64,000 nucleotides of DNA from Acholeplasmataceae bacterium (GCA_963675245.1 OY775910.1:800001-864000), one strand, 5' to 3'. Numbered from the stretch's first letter, positions 1 to 11,124 are shown. Program-made: numbers and translations. The notes: generated by a model not told the origin, from the sequence alone.

Positions 1-341
1 CTTCTGAAGTACCAGCCGCTATTAAAAAAGCGATTGAAGCTGCTAAAGCAAATCTCATCACAGTGCCTTCAGTTGGAACAACTATTCCACATGAAGTAAC
101 TGGTGTATATGGTGCTGGTAAAGTTTTCTTAAAACCCGCATCTGAAGGTACTGGTGTTATCGCTGGTGGCCCGGTTCGTGCTGTATTCGAGCTCGCTGGC
201 ATTAATGACATCTTATCTAAATCAATTGGAACAAGTACACCAATCAATATGATTCGTGCAACATTCCAAGGATTAAAATCACTTCGCACACCAGAAATGG
301 TTGCTGCGTTACGTGGTGTTGACGTTTCGGAGCTTTCATAA
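1..341 (+). CDS. rpsE: 30S ribosomal protein S5 (5' truncated by window)
   Basis: S5 C-terminal motifs [24 protein letters not shown]; lies before rpmD-rplO-secY. Confidence 0.97.
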   Translation, partial: SEVPAAIKKAIEAAKANLITVPSVGTTIPHEVTGVYGAGKVFLKPASEGTGVIAGGPVRAVFELAGINDILSKSIGTSTPINMIRATFQGLKSLRTPEMVAALRGVDVSELS

Positions 342-520
342 TGAAAAAGCTAGAAATTAAGTTAACAAGAAGCCTAATCGGCAGAAAACCTAATCAAGTT
401 AAAACAGCACACGCATTAGGTTTAAAAAAGATTAATCAAGTCGTTGTAAAAGAATCTAATGACGCAATTGATGGCATGGTAAAAACCATTGCTCATTTGA
501 TTGAAGTCAAGGAAGTATAA
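341..520 (+). CDS. rpmD: 50S ribosomal protein L30 (59 aa, absent from ORF track)
   Basis: Manual translation [36 protein letters not shown]...; TAATG overlap with rpsE. Confidence 0.95.
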   Translation: MKKLEIKLTRSLIGRKPNQVKTAHALGLKKINQVVVKESNDAIDGMVKTIAHLIEVKEV

Positions 521-530
521 GGAGGCCTAC

Positions 531-968
531 ATGTTAAACGAATTAAAGCCTGTTGCAGGCGCTAGAAAAAATCGCAAGCGTGTTGGTAGAGGACCTGGTT
601 CAGGTATGGGTGGTACATCAACTAGAGGAGATAAAGGTCAACTTGCTCGCTCTGGTGGTAATCCTCGTCCTGGATTTGAAGGTGGACAAATTCCTTTCTT
701 CCAACGTCTTCCAAAGCGTGGATTCAAAAACTATACACGTAAGGAATACGCGATTGTCAATTTATCAGAGCTTGACAAATTTAATAACGGTGATGTTATT
801 ACACCAGACGTATTACTTTCAAACAACGTTATTAAAAAATTAAAGTCAGGCGTTAAAGTTCTTGCTAACGGTGAACTCACAAAGAAATTAACCGTTAAAG
901 CTAACGTCTTTTCAAAGGCTGCTGAAGCAGCAATTACAAAAGTCGGTGGAACAGTAGAGGTGATTTAA
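531..968 (+). CDS. rplO: 50S ribosomal protein L15
   Basis: [21 protein letters not shown] and GFEGGQ motifs; GGAGG RBS before ATG 531. Confidence 0.97.
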   Translation: MLNELKPVAGARKNRKRVGRGPGSGMGGTSTRGDKGQLARSGGNPRPGFEGGQIPFFQRLPKRGFKNYTRKEYAIVNLSELDKFNNGDVITPDVLLSNNVIKKLKSGVKVLANGELTKKLTVKANVFSKAAEAAITKVGGTVEVI

Positions 969-970
969 AG

Positions 971-2293
971 ATGTGGTTACGTATTAAGAGAGTTCTAAGC
1001 AACAAAGACGTGATGCTACGTTTAGCATTCACATTGCTCATTCTATTAATGGTTAGAATCATCAGTTTTATTACGGTCCCACTCTTTAACACGCAAGCGA
1101 TCACAGATTTCATGAGATCAAGCGGAAGCTTTGTCGAAATCTTGAATAACTTCAGTGGTCGTTCATTACAGAACTTCTCCATCATGTCACTTGGTATTAC
1201 ACCATACATTACATCTAGTATTGTTGTACAGATGTTACAAATGGTTTTACCTAAGTTCAAAGAATGGAGTGAACAAGGCGAAGTAGGGAAACAAAACTTA
1301 ACTAGAGTAACGCGTTACCTTGCGATTGCATTAGCATTCTTCCAAGCGATGGCACTTATCTTAGGTGTTTCGCCATACGGTGGTGCTTTACTTCCAAGCT
1401 TAGAAGCTAGCCTCGTTTCAAATACATTTGCACGTTATATGCTTTATGTGTATATGGCCCTTGTTATGGCTGCTGGTACAGCAATTGCAATGTGGTTCTC
1501 CACACTCATCACCAAAAAAGGTGTTGGTAATGGAGCATCCATGTTAATCGTAGCTGGTATCGTAACCAGTTTGCCTGCAATGTGGACAACACTTTGGAGC
1601 AAATATATAACAAATAGTGTAAATGGTTGGTCATATGTATGGTTTATCTTCATCATTTTATTATACTTCGGTATTTTATTAGGTGTTGTATACATGCAGA
1701 TTGCACAAAGAAAACTACCTGTTCAATATGCAAATAGACAAGGTAAATCGGATTCGAACATTCCACTTAAGCTTAATGCTGGTGGCGTTATTCCAGTTAT
1801 CTTTGCGCAAACCATCATGAGTATTCCACTAACCATTATTGGGTTCTCTAACAGCACAAGCACTGCGACGGCATTCTTCACAGATATGTTTAGTTACCGT
1901 CAACCATTAGGATTTATTGTTTATGTGATGTTAATTGTCATATTCTCATTCTTCTATTCATTCGTACAAGTCAACCCAGAGAAGGTAGCGAATAACTTAT
2001 CACAGTCAAATGCTTATATTCCTGGTGTGAGACCTGGTATGGATACACAAGACTATGTCGCAAGTTTGTTATTTAAGATCACGGTCATTGGTACGGTATA
2101 TCTTGTCATTTTGGCAATCTTACCAGTTATCACAGCTGCAGTCTTTAACTTCACATCAACTGAAGCAAATGCAATCACATTAGGCGGTACAAGTTTATTG
2201 ATTATCGTTGGTGTTGCGATTGAAACAACAAAACAAGTTGAAACAGATGCAAGTCAAAAAGAATATGGCAGCATCCTTAATCCATTTAAGTGA
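971..2293 (+). CDS. secY: Preprotein translocase subunit SecY
   Basis: SLGITPYITSSI, GVGNGASMLI, IPGVRPG, LGGTSLLI motifs; multi-TM. Confidence 0.98.
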   Translation: MWLRIKRVLSNKDVMLRLAFTLLILLMVRIISFITVPLFNTQAITDFMRSSGSFVEILNNFSGRSLQNFSIMSLGITPYITSSIVVQMLQMVLPKFKEWSEQGEVGKQNLTRVTRYLAIALAFFQAMALILGVSPYGGALLPSLEASLVSNTFARYMLYVYMALVMAAGTAIAMWFSTLITKKGVGNGASMLIVAGIVTSLPAMWTTLWSKYITNSVNGWSYVWFIFIILLYFGILLGVVYMQIAQRKLPVQYANRQGKSDSNIPLKLNAGGVIPVIFAQTIMSIPLTIIGFSNSTSTATAFFTDMFSYRQPLGFIVYVMLIVIFSFFYSFVQVNPEKVANNLSQSNAYIPGVRPGMDTQDYVASLLFKITVIGTVYLVILAILPVITAAVFNFTSTEANAITLGGTSLLIIVGVAIETTKQVETDASQKEYGSILNPFK

Positions 2294-2317
2294 TGATCGG
2301 TCATAAGGAGTGAGAAA

Positions 2318-2968
2318 ATGCGTTTAATCCTATTAGGACCTCCTGGTGTCGGTAAAGGCACTGAGGCAGAAATATTAAAAAAGCATTATCAAATTCCGCA
2401 CATTTCTACTGGAAACATCTTTAGAGAGCTTTTCCATCAAGAAACAGAAATCGGAAAGATAGCCAAGTCTTATATTGACAAAGGACAATTAGTACCCGAT
2501 GATATTACAAATGAAATTGTTCGTCAAAGACTGTATCATGATGATGTAAAAGATGGATTTATGTTTGATGGATATCCACGTAACGTTGGACAAGCAGAAG
2601 CGTTTGATAAAGCACTAGATGAGCTTGGTGTTAAGCTTACAGCAGTGATTGATATCGAAGCAGATGATGATTTGATTCTTAATAGAATCAGTGGTCGTCG
2701 TGTTTGTGAGTCATGTGGCGCTGTATATCATACAGAAAACAAAAAACCAAAAGTTGATGGTATATGTGATCAATGTGGTGGAAAATTAATTCACCGTGAA
2801 GATGATCAACCTGAAACAGTGAAAAACCGTTTAAAAATCTATCATCAACAAACAGAACCAGTTATTGGTTATTATAAAGAAAAAGGTTTACTCATTTCAG
2901 TTGATGGATCAACATCCATTGAGTGGACCAATGAGCAGATCTTAAAAGCATTAGGTGAGCAAAAGTGA
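2318..2968 (+). CDS. adk: Adenylate kinase
   Basis: GPPGVGKGT P-loop, DGYPR, Zn-lid CxxC/CxxC. Confidence 0.98.
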   Translation: MRLILLGPPGVGKGTEAEILKKHYQIPHISTGNIFRELFHQETEIGKIAKSYIDKGQLVPDDITNEIVRQRLYHDDVKDGFMFDGYPRNVGQAEAFDKALDELGVKLTAVIDIEADDDLILNRISGRRVCESCGAVYHTENKKPKVDGICDQCGGKLIHREDDQPETVKNRLKIYHQQTEPVIGYYKEKGLLISVDGSTSIEWTNEQILKALGEQK

Positions 2969-3723
2969 TTCAGATTAAATCATCACGAGAAATTGAGCTG
3001 ATGCGTCAAGCAGGACGCATACTGGAAAGTACGCGTCAAATGGTTAGCACACATGTGAAACCAGGTGTCACGACATATCAGCTCGATCAGCTTGCTGAAG
3101 CACACATTATAAAGCTTGGTGGCATACCATCATTCAAGGGTTATCAAGGTTTTCCGGGATCCATTTGTACATCCGTAAATGAAGTCGTCGTACACGGCAT
3201 CCCATCAAAGAGTAAAATCTTAAAAGCCGGGGATATTATTACGTTAGATTTTGGTGTCAATTATAAAGGATATCATGCCGACTCAGCAACCACTTATCCG
3301 GTGGGTGAGATTAGTGATGACATCAAACAATTATTAAAGGTTACTGAAGAAGCACTTTACGAAGGGCTTAAATATGCAAAACCAGGACAACATGTCTCTG
3401 ACATATCACATGCAATTGAGGCTTATGTTAAACCATATGGTTATGGTATTGTAGAAGAATTTACAGGTCATGGCATTGGCCGTGAATTGCACGAAGATCC
3501 TTATGTCCCAAACTTTGGACAAGCTGGATTAGGTGCTGTACTTAAACCAGGTATGACCTTTTGTGTGGAACCCATGGTAAATCTTGGAACGAAGCACATT
3601 CGCATCTTAAGAGATAATTGGACAACCATTACATCTGATAAAAAACCAAGTGCCCATTTTGAGCACATGATTGTAATTACGGAAACAGGATATGACATCC
3701 TGACGGCAACCGAAAAGGAGTGA
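2965..3723 (+). CDS. map: Type I methionine aminopeptidase
   Basis: [27 protein letters not shown] motifs. Confidence 0.97.
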   Translation: MIQIKSSREIELMRQAGRILESTRQMVSTHVKPGVTTYQLDQLAEAHIIKLGGIPSFKGYQGFPGSICTSVNEVVVHGIPSKSKILKAGDIITLDFGVNYKGYHADSATTYPVGEISDDIKQLLKVTEEALYEGLKYAKPGQHVSDISHAIEAYVKPYGYGIVEEFTGHGIGRELHEDPYVPNFGQAGLGAVLKPGMTFCVEPMVNLGTKHIRILRDNWTTITSDKKPSAHFEHMIVITETGYDILTATEKE

Positions 3724-3727
3724 CGCT

Positions 3728-3949
3728 ATGGCAAGACAAGACCTAATTGAAGTAGAAGCAAAAGTTGTTGAGATACTACCAAATACAAAATTTAAGGTAG
3801 AATTATTACAGAACGGGCATACAGTGATCGCGCACGTGTCCGGTAAAATCCGCATGCATAACATACGCATTTTACCTGGTGATAGAGTAGTAGTAGAACT
3901 ATCACCATATGACTTAACCCGCGGAAGAATCACTTATCGCCGTAAATGA
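3728..3949 (+). CDS. infA: Translation initiation factor IF-1
   Basis: [18 protein letters not shown]...[10 protein letters not shown]. Confidence 0.98.
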   Translation: MARQDLIEVEAKVVEILPNTKFKVELLQNGHTVIAHVSGKIRMHNIRILPGDRVVVELSPYDLTRGRITYRRK

Positions 3950-3962
3950 GGAGGAACATTTT

Positions 3963-4079
3963 ATGAAAGTAAAAGCATCCGTTAAAAAACGTAGCGAAGA
4001 TGACATTATCGTAAGACGTAAGGGTCGCGTGTATGTGATCAATAAGAAAAATAGAAGACATAACCAGAGACAGGGTTAA
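3963..4079 (+). CDS. rpmJ: 50S ribosomal protein L36, cysteine-free form (38 aa, absent from ORF track)
   Basis: Manual translation [46 protein letters not shown]; between infA and rpsM. Confidence 0.95.
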   Translation: MKVKASVKKRSEDDIIVRRKGRVYVINKKNRRHNQRQG

Positions 4080-4088
4080 GGAGGAATT

Positions 4089-4454
4089 ATGGCTAGAATT
4101 GCAGGTATAGACGTTCCACGCGAAAAGCGCGTTGTGGTTTCGTTAACATACATATATGGCATTGGACTAACAACGTCCAAACAAATTCTAAAGGACGCGA
4201 ACGTCAGTGAAGACACACGTGTTCATGCGCTTACAGAAGATGAGTTATCTCGTATTCGTACAGAAGTTGCAAACTATCAAACAGAAGGTGACCTTCGTAG
4301 AGAAGTCACTATGAATATTAAGAGACTTATGGAAATTGGTTCATACCGTGGTATGCGCCATCGTAGAAACTTACCAGTACGTGGTCAAAACACAAGAAAC
4401 AATGCACGTACACGTAAAGGCAAGCCAAAGGCTATTGCCGGTAAGAAAAAATAA
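4089..4454 (+). CDS. rpsM: 30S ribosomal protein S13
   Basis: [25 protein letters not shown]. Confidence 0.98.
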   Translation: MARIAGIDVPREKRVVVSLTYIYGIGLTTSKQILKDANVSEDTRVHALTEDELSRIRTEVANYQTEGDLRREVTMNIKRLMEIGSYRGMRHRRNLPVRGQNTRNNARTRKGKPKAIAGKKK

Positions 4455-4468
4455 GGAGGGAATAAATC

Positions 4469-4855
4469 ATGGCTCGTAAAAAGACAACGAAACGTAAAGT
4501 TAAAAAGAATATTCCCCTTGGTGTTGCTCACATTCACACAACATTTAACAATACAATCGTAACGATTACTGATGTTGACGGTAATGCCGTTTCATGGGCA
4601 AGTGCTGGTGCACTAGGCTTCAAGGGTAGTCGTAAATCAACACCATATGCAGCACAAATGTCAGCTGAAGCAGCTGCTAAATCTGCTATGGATAATGGTA
4701 TGTTAAAAGTTGAAGTTTCAGTTAAAGGACCTGGTCCTGGTCGTGAAGCAGCGATTCGTTCGCTTCAGACAGCTGGCTTAGAAATTACTGCTATCAAGGA
4801 TGTAACGCCGGTCCCACATAATGGATGCAGACCGCCAAAACGTCCTCGCGGATAA
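4469..4855 (+). CDS. rpsK: 30S ribosomal protein S11
   Basis: [37 protein letters not shown]. Confidence 0.98.
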   Translation: MARKKTTKRKVKKNIPLGVAHIHTTFNNTIVTITDVDGNAVSWASAGALGFKGSRKSTPYAAQMSAEAAAKSAMDNGMLKVEVSVKGPGPGREAAIRSLQTAGLEITAIKDVTPVPHNGCRPPKRPRG

Positions 4856-4874
4856 TGTGAAGGAGGGGTAACGA

Positions 4875-5864
4875 ATGAAAGAGTTAAAGTTTGAAAAACC
4901 GACTGCGGTTGAAGAGCTATCGGTCGATGGTAATAAAGGTCGTTTTGTGATTAAACCACTCGAACGTGGATACGGCATTACGCTCGGTAACGCACTTCGT
5001 CGCGTCTTGCTTTCGTCGCTTCCCGGCGCAGCAATCGTCAATATCAAAATTGATGAAGTAGAGCATGAATTTGCTACAATTGATGGCGTCTATGAAGATG
5101 TCATGGGTATTGTATTAAACTTAAAGAAAGTCATTTTCCAAGTAGAATCAAATGATCCAAACTTTGAACAAAAACTTGAATTATATGCATCTGGTGCTGG
5201 CGAAGTAACAGCTGCAGACTTCATTCACGTTGATGGCGTTGATGTGGTTAACCCTGATCAAGTGATTGCTCATCTTGAAGAAAATGGATCATTATCAATG
5301 GTCGTAACTGTTAGACGTGGTGTAGGCTATGTCAGTGCAGAAAAGAACAAAGCTTTCAGTAAAAATGAAAAGAGTGTTATTGCAATTGATTCAATTTATA
5401 CACCAGTAACTCGTGTGAGCTATCATGTTGAAAAAACAAGAGGCGACACAGATGAACTAACATTAGAAATTGAAACTAATGGTGCGATTGAAGCGAAAGA
5501 TGCTTTAGCACTTGCAAGTAAGATGTTAATTGATTATTTTCAAGTCATCGTAGAGATTAGTGAATCAGCACAAGATGCAGATTTCATTTATGAAGCAGAA
5601 GATGAACCAGTTAACAAGAAGCTTGAAATGAAGATTGAACAACTCGATCTTTCAGTCAGACTATTCAATAGTTTGAAACGTTCTGGTATTTATACCGTTG
5701 CACAAATCATTCGTTTAACGGAAGAGGATGTAATGCGCCTTAGAAGTCTTGGACGTAAATCGTTTAAGGAATTAAAGGAAAAACTTGCAGAACATGGCCT
5801 CGAATTTGAAAATTCGTCAAGTAAAGATTCAAATGTATTTGCTGACGATATAGACAAGGAGTAA
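4875..5864 (+). CDS. rpoA: RNA polymerase alpha subunit
   Basis: PLERGYGITLGNALRRVLLSSLPG; alpha-CTD LDLSVR. Confidence 0.98.
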   Translation: MKELKFEKPTAVEELSVDGNKGRFVIKPLERGYGITLGNALRRVLLSSLPGAAIVNIKIDEVEHEFATIDGVYEDVMGIVLNLKKVIFQVESNDPNFEQKLELYASGAGEVTAADFIHVDGVDVVNPDQVIAHLEENGSLSMVVTVRRGVGYVSAEKNKAFSKNEKSVIAIDSIYTPVTRVSYHVEKTRGDTDELTLEIETNGAIEAKDALALASKMLIDYFQVIVEISESAQDADFIYEAEDEPVNKKLEMKIEQLDLSVRLFNSLKRSGIYTVAQIIRLTEEDVMRLRSLGRKSFKELKEKLAEHGLEFENSSSKDSNVFADDIDKE

Positions 5865-5867
5865 ATC

Positions 5868-6224
5868 ATGGCATATTCTAGATTAAGACGTACAAGTGAT
5901 CAACGTAAAGCATTATTACGTGACCTTGTTACAGATATCATCATCAATGAACGCATTGTGACGACAGAATCAAAAGCAAAAGAACTTAAAAAATTAGCAG
6001 ACAAAATGGTAACACTAGCTAAAAATGGTTCACTAGCTGCAAGACGTCAAGCTGCTGAAACTGTTCGTTTTGAACAAGTAAGCGAAACACAAAATGCGCT
6101 TCAAAAATTGTTTGATGAAATCGGACCTCGTTATCAAGATCGCAATGGTGGATATACAAGAATCATCAAGACGGTACCTCGTCGTGGTGATGCTGCACCA
6201 ATGGCGATTATTGAATTTGTTTAA
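5868..6224 (+). CDS. rplQ: 50S ribosomal protein L17
   Basis: [10 protein letters not shown]...RRGDAAPMA. Confidence 0.98.
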   Translation: MAYSRLRRTSDQRKALLRDLVTDIIINERIVTTESKAKELKKLADKMVTLAKNGSLAARRQAAETVRFEQVSETQNALQKLFDEIGPRYQDRNGGYTRIIKTVPRRGDAAPMAIIEFV

Positions 6225-6250
6225 AAACAAGCTTCGGCTTGTTTTTTTTC
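6223..6250 (+). terminator. Rho-independent terminator of the ribosomal operon
   Basis: AAAAACAAGC-TTCG-GCTTGTTTTT hairpin plus T run. Confidence 0.85.
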
Positions 6251-6308
6251 TTGAATAATTGACGTGTTAAGTTTACAATAAGAGTGGTTGAAAGAAAAGA
6301 GGACTATC

Positions 6309-8441
6309 ATGAAAAAAATACTACTATCAATGATGGCATTATTCACTGTCATTTTACTTGTCGCATGCGTAAACATACCAAAATATTCAATAGATGATAT
6401 TGAGAATGCGATTGAAATCACTTATGCAGTAGGCGATGATCAAGATCATGTTACTGAAGATATCATCTTGCCACGCACACACATATCATATGCAGAAGCA
6501 TTCATAACTTGGCAAAGTAATAATATCGATGTGATAACAAATAGCGGTGCAGTTACGAGAACATCTGTAGACGTTGAAGTAACTTTAATTTACTCAATAA
6601 GTTATAATGGTCAAGCAAGAGTAGGATCATTTACAGTCACAGTATTGTCTGAAAAACCTACCTTAGAAGAGATTGCTGCAGCGATTGAAATAGGATTTTC
6701 TGATGGTGATGATGCGGATCATGTGACACAGGATATTATACTACCTGAGGTTTCTGTTTTAGATGAAAATGCGATAATTACATGGAGTAGTTCAAATAGA
6801 GATATCATTAGTGGTAATGGAGTAGTTCATAGAGATGAAAATACACATTTAATTATTCTAAATTTTATCATTATATATGATAACAATTTGGCGAGTGGGT
6901 CTTTTGGATTAACAGTTTATCCTGAAGATGTCTACTATAGTGTTGTTTTTGATACAAATGGTGGCTCTTATATAGAAGATATATCGCAACTTGAAGGTAC
7001 AGCTGTTTCTGAACCTACTCAACCAACAAGAGAGGATTATACGTTTGTAGCTTGGTATATTGATGAGGCGTTAACAATACCATATGATTTTACTGAGGTT
7101 GTCTGGTCAGATATTACCCTTTACGCTAAATGGGATACTAATCTAACCTATCATACAATCACATTTGAAACAAATGGTGGTATTGATATCCCACCATTAC
7201 TTGCTTTAGATAATACAACAATATCTAGACCAACACCAGTAAGAGAAGGTTTTATTTTTAAAGGTTGGTATGCAAATGATTCATTAACAATTCCTTATAA
7301 TTTTTATGCACCTATTACATCAAATATAACCATATATGCTATGTGGACGGTATCTTACACAGTCACGTTTAATACAGTAGGTGGTTCATATGTGTCACCT
7401 ATAGAAGTTCAAGAAAATGAAAGTATCACACAACCGAGTGACCCAACAAGAAGTGGTTTCGTATTTGTTGGTTGGTTTACAGATCAAGCATATACAACGG
7501 AATTTAATTTTTATTCATCCATCACAGAAGATAAGATACTATATGCAAAATGGGAATCAACTGCAGTTTATTTCACTGTATCATTTGATACAAATGGTGG
7601 TACAAACATTCCATCTAACGAAGTCGCTGTTGGCACTACGTTAACAAGACCAAATGATCCATCAAAAAATGGATATGTATTTCTAGACTGGTACACAGAT
7701 GTTTCATTAACAACAGTCTATTCTTTCTCAAATATCGTAACTCAAGATATTATCTTATATGCTAAGTGGATTGAACCATCATCTACCGATTATACAGGTA
7801 TCTATGATGGGGCTGAAGGTCTTTATGGTTCAATGTTAATAGATTTTTTATATGATGTTGTGGTAGAAAATATCTCTGGTAAAGAGCAAGACTATGGTGA
7901 TGCAAGATACACACTTGATGAAGCAGACCGAGATCCAAATAATCCAAGTAATGTTATTTTAGTATACTTAGGAACGTCCGTAAGCGGTGTGTGGGATGGT
8001 GGTGCAACTTGGAATCGTGAACATGTATGGCCACAATCACTACTAGGTGTATCGGCGGATAACAGTACCGTTAATATGGCATCAGATTTACATAATCTAA
8101 AACCAGCAAATCCTTCAGAAAATAGTTCTAGAAGCAACAAATGGTTTGGTGATACGACGACAGCATATTCATACGCACCTAGAACGGATGTCAGAGGGGA
8201 TATTGCGAGAATTCTCTTCTATATGGCAATTAGATATAATGATACATTAACACTTATTAATATTACTTCTGGTGATCCGAGTGTTCATCAAATGGGTGAT
8301 TTGGCAACACTATTAAGATGGAATCTAGAAGATCCTGTTGATACATTTGAAATGAATCGTAATGATGTTATTGAAAGTTATCAAGGTAATAGAAATCCAT
8401 TTATTGATTATCCTGATTTTGCGTATCTTATTTGGAGTTAA
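6309..8441 (+). CDS. Surface lipoprotein nuclease: 2 Ig-like repeats, 4 Listeria-Bacteroides (InlB B-type) repeats, C-terminal endonuclease I domain
   Basis: Lipobox LVAC; repeated FDTNGG..PTR.GY.F.GWY..LYAKW units; NREHVWPQS, DLHNL, QGNRNPFIDYP. Confidence 0.85.
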   Translation: MKKILLSMMALFTVILLVACVNIPKYSIDDIENAIEITYAVGDDQDHVTEDIILPRTHISYAEAFITWQSNNIDVITNSGAVTRTSVDVEVTLIYSISYNGQARVGSFTVTVLSEKPTLEEIAAAIEIGFSDGDDADHVTQDIILPEVSVLDENAIITWSSSNRDIISGNGVVHRDENTHLIILNFIIIYDNNLASGSFGLTVYPEDVYYSVVFDTNGGSYIEDISQLEGTAVSEPTQPTREDYTFVAWYIDEALTIPYDFTEVVWSDITLYAKWDTNLTYHTITFETNGGIDIPPLLALDNTTISRPTPVREGFIFKGWYANDSLTIPYNFYAPITSNITIYAMWTVSYTVTFNTVGGSYVSPIEVQENESITQPSDPTRSGFVFVGWFTDQAYTTEFNFYSSITEDKILYAKWESTAVYFTVSFDTNGGTNIPSNEVAVGTTLTRPNDPSKNGYVFLDWYTDVSLTTVYSFSNIVTQDIILYAKWIEPSSTDYTGIYDGAEGLYGSMLIDFLYDVVVENISGKEQDYGDARYTLDEADRDPNNPSNVILVYLGTSVSGVWDGGATWNREHVWPQSLLGVSADNSTVNMASDLHNLKPANPSENSSRSNKWFGDTTTAYSYAPRTDVRGDIARILFYMAIRYNDTLTLINITSGDPSVHQMGDLATLLRWNLEDPVDTFEMNRNDVIESYQGNRNPFIDYPDFAYLIWS

Positions 8442-8461
8442 CACTTGAAGGGAGTGTGTGT

Positions 8462-9442
8462 ATGAAGTATAGAAAATTTGGTAAAACGGGTATTTCTGTT
8501 TCAGAAGTGTCTTTAGGCACATGGCAACTAGGCAGTAAATGGGGAGATCCATTTTCTGATGAGGTTGCGAAAGAAACATTAGAAGAAGCGACACGTCAGG
8601 GCATTAATTGTTATGACACAGCAGATGTTTATCAAGGTGGCGCAAGCGAAGTCGCTATTGGAAAATACATTAAAACGTTAGATCAAAAACCGTTTGTTAT
8701 TACCAAGACAGGTAGACAAATGGCACAAACCGTCGAGAATTATTCTGAAGAAAACATCAGAAAGTATATTGATGATAGTAGAGCAAGATTGGATGTGGAC
8801 AGATTAGATATGGTTTTACTTCATTGTCCACCTACGGAACTTTATCAACATCCTGAGGTTTTCAAGATTCTTGATCAATTAAAAGAAGAACATAAGATTA
8901 AACATTATGGTGTATCAATAGAGAAAATTGAAGAAGGCATCAAAGCCATGGATTATCCAGGCGTTGAAGCAATTGAAGTCATTTTTAATATGTTTAGATT
9001 ACGCCCTGCAGAAGAACTCTTTGAATTAGCTAAAAAGAGAAATGTCGCTATCATCGTTCGTGTACCTTTAGCAAGTGGTCTATTAACTGGTAAATATACA
9101 AAGAACACAACGTTTGGTGCTGAAGATCATCGTACCACCAACAGACATGGCGAACTTTTTGATAAAGGTGAAACATTCTCAGGTGTGGATTTTGACTTAG
9201 GTCTTCAAGCAGTTGAAGCGTTGAAAAAAGTATTTAATAAAGATAATTTAACGCAAATAGCGATTAGATGGGTGTTAATGTTTGATGCTGTGAGTACAGT
9301 CATTCCTGGAGCGAGTAAAGCATCATATGTTAAAGCGAATGCTGATGCGTGTGAACTGCCACCACTCTCAGATGAACAAATGAAACAAGTCAATGATATC
9401 TATGACAAATATATAAAACCATCTGTACATCATTTATGGTAA
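8462..9442 (+). CDS. Aldo/keto reductase
   Basis: SEVSLGTWQLG, DTADVY, LLH, PLASGLLTGKY, VIPGA. Confidence 0.9.
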   Translation: MKYRKFGKTGISVSEVSLGTWQLGSKWGDPFSDEVAKETLEEATRQGINCYDTADVYQGGASEVAIGKYIKTLDQKPFVITKTGRQMAQTVENYSEENIRKYIDDSRARLDVDRLDMVLLHCPPTELYQHPEVFKILDQLKEEHKIKHYGVSIEKIEEGIKAMDYPGVEAIEVIFNMFRLRPAEELFELAKKRNVAIIVRVPLASGLLTGKYTKNTTFGAEDHRTTNRHGELFDKGETFSGVDFDLGLQAVEALKKVFNKDNLTQIAIRWVLMFDAVSTVIPGASKASYVKANADACELPPLSDEQMKQVNDIYDKYIKPSVHHLW

Positions 9443-9451
9443 ATTACGTAT

Positions 9452-9475
9452 AAAGCGGTTATCAACCGCTTTTTA
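9452..9475 (+). terminator. Rho-independent terminator
   Basis: AAAGCGGTT-ATC-AACCGCTTT followed by Ts. Confidence 0.75.
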
Positions 9476-9528
9476 TATAATGTGACTAATGTCGCTTAAC
9501 ATGTTACAATCAAAGTGGAGGGTTTATC

Positions 9529-10161
9529 ATGATTAAAGCAGTTATATTTGATTTAGACGGTGTGATTGTGACAACCGATCACCTTCATTATCTCGCATGG
9601 AAGAAAATGGCAGATAAAGAAGGAATCTATTTTGATGAGAAGATCAATAATAGATTACGTGGTGTTTCACGCATGGCATCCTTAGAAATCATTTTAGAAA
9701 AAGCACATAAATCATACACAAATGAAGAGAAAAGTGCATTAGCCACATTCAAAAATGATGTGTATGTGTCATTACTGGAGGATTTAGATGAACAGGATAT
9801 TTTGCCTGATGTCATTGAGGTCATTGGAAAATTAAAAGAGCGTGATATAAAAGTCGCAATTGGTTCTAGTTCTAAAAACACACCGATCATATTAAAAAGA
9901 ATTGGATTAGATCATGCATTTGATGGTATATCTGACGGTAATAACATCACACATTCAAAGCCTAACCCTGAAGTCTTTTTAAAAGCCGCTCAGTATATAG
10001 GTGTAGCACCTGAAAATTGTATGGTTATTGAAGATGCAGAAGCAGGCATTGAAGCTGCTAAAGCCGCTCATATGTATGGGTTTGCTGTCGGGGATGCAAA
10101 AAAATCAGCCATTGCTGATTACAAGTCAGATCATTTATTGGACATACTTAAGGTCATTTAA
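9529..10161 (+). CDS. pgmB: Beta-phosphoglucomutase (HAD family)
   Basis: DLDGVI, LRGVSR, SSSKN, KPNPEVF, IEDA motifs. Confidence 0.88.
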   Translation: MIKAVIFDLDGVIVTTDHLHYLAWKKMADKEGIYFDEKINNRLRGVSRMASLEIILEKAHKSYTNEEKSALATFKNDVYVSLLEDLDEQDILPDVIEVIGKLKERDIKVAIGSSSKNTPIILKRIGLDHAFDGISDGNNITHSKPNPEVFLKAAQYIGVAPENCMVIEDAEAGIEAAKAAHMYGFAVGDAKKSAIADYKSDHLLDILKVI

Positions 10162-10188
10162 AAGGACGCTATCATAGCGTCCTTTTTG
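10161..10188. terminator. Bidirectional terminator between convergent genes
   Basis: AAAGGACGCTA-TCA-TAGCGTCCTTT. Confidence 0.8.
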
Positions 10189-10194
10189 ATGTGA

Positions 10195-11124
10195 TTATTT
10201 GTGAGAAAGATACTTTAATATATAATCATCAAAGTCTTCGATGTTAAAATCTCTAAATAAATAACTTTGATAGCGTTTGGTTTTAGATAAATCATTTTCA
10301 AATTGTAAAACATTATATAACCCAGAAAGCATGCTTGAAATCTGTTTGGGTTCATTTAAACGCTGATATGCCAACGCAGCAAACAAATAAAAATCTTCTA
10401 ATAAGTAGTGATATTTCAACTCTTTGCACGCTTGAATACCTTTAGATGCGAATTGTAGCATTGAGGAAGGATCACCATAACGTTTATGATAATCTGCTAG
10501 GCGATACAAGCATAACAACATGATTTTTTGATTATTTCCACTAATGATTGTGCTTTTATGATTCAAAGCATCAGATAGTACTTTTACAATTTTATCTTTT
10601 TCTTTGCATTCATCATAAACAAGTAGTGAAGAAAGAATGATAATTTCTGTTGATGAGAAGGCGTGGTGTTTTAGTATATTTGGGTAATTAAGTAAAGATT
10701 TAAGTTTTTCAATTAGCGTGATTTGCGCCATTTGATTTGAATTATAAGAAAATAGTGCTGTCGCGTATTCATATATTAAAAGATGATTGGGTTCTGTGAT
10801 TGTTTCAGGATTAAATTGTTTTTTTAAAGAAGTTACTTTTTCGACATTGTGATTAATAACTGCATTATGATAATCGTTCGCTAATTTTGATTCTCTAAAC
10901 GTATTCCCTCTAAATTCGAAAACTAAGTATTCAATATTTAAACCTAATCGTTCAGCAAATTGATCAAACACGTAAGGAGCAACATCAGATTCACCACGCA
11001 AATATCGTCTATATTGGCGCATTGAAACAATACCATTTGTAAAATCTTCTTGTGTCATATTCTTTTTGGTACGTAATGCATCTAGATAATTTGCAAGAGA
11101 TTGAGAAAAATTTAGATTTGCCAT
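10195..11124 (-). CDS. Rgg/RRNPP-like transcriptional regulator (N-terminal XRE HTH plus TPR-like helical domain)
   Basis: LRTKKNMTQEDF...SMRQYRRYLRGE HTH; ~300 aa helical C-terminus. Confidence 0.7.
   Translation of the reverse strand: MANLNFSQSLANYLDALRTKKNMTQEDFTNGIVSMRQYRRYLRGESDVAPYVFDQFAERLGLNIEYLVFEFRGNTFRESKLANDYHNAVINHNVEKVTSLKKQFNPETITEPNHLLIYEYATALFSYNSNQMAQITLIEKLKSLLNYPNILKHHAFSSTEIIILSSLLVYDECKEKDKIVKVLSDALNHKSTIISGNNQKIMLLCLYRLADYHKRYGDPSSMLQFASKGIQACKELKYHYLLEDFYLFAALAYQRLNEPKQISSMLSGLYNVLQFENDLSKTKRYQSYLFRDFNIEDFDDYILKYLSHK

Noticed and set aside
553..1695. Alternative-frame and antisense ORFs over rplO and secY (and similar short ORFs throughout the track)
   Set aside because: They overlap well-supported genes and show no recognisable motifs; typical shadow ORFs.
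6930..7780. Four ~200-bp degenerate repeats
   Set aside because: They are coding domain repeats of the nuclease, not CRISPR or a mobile repeat. No CRISPR array was seen anywhere in the window.
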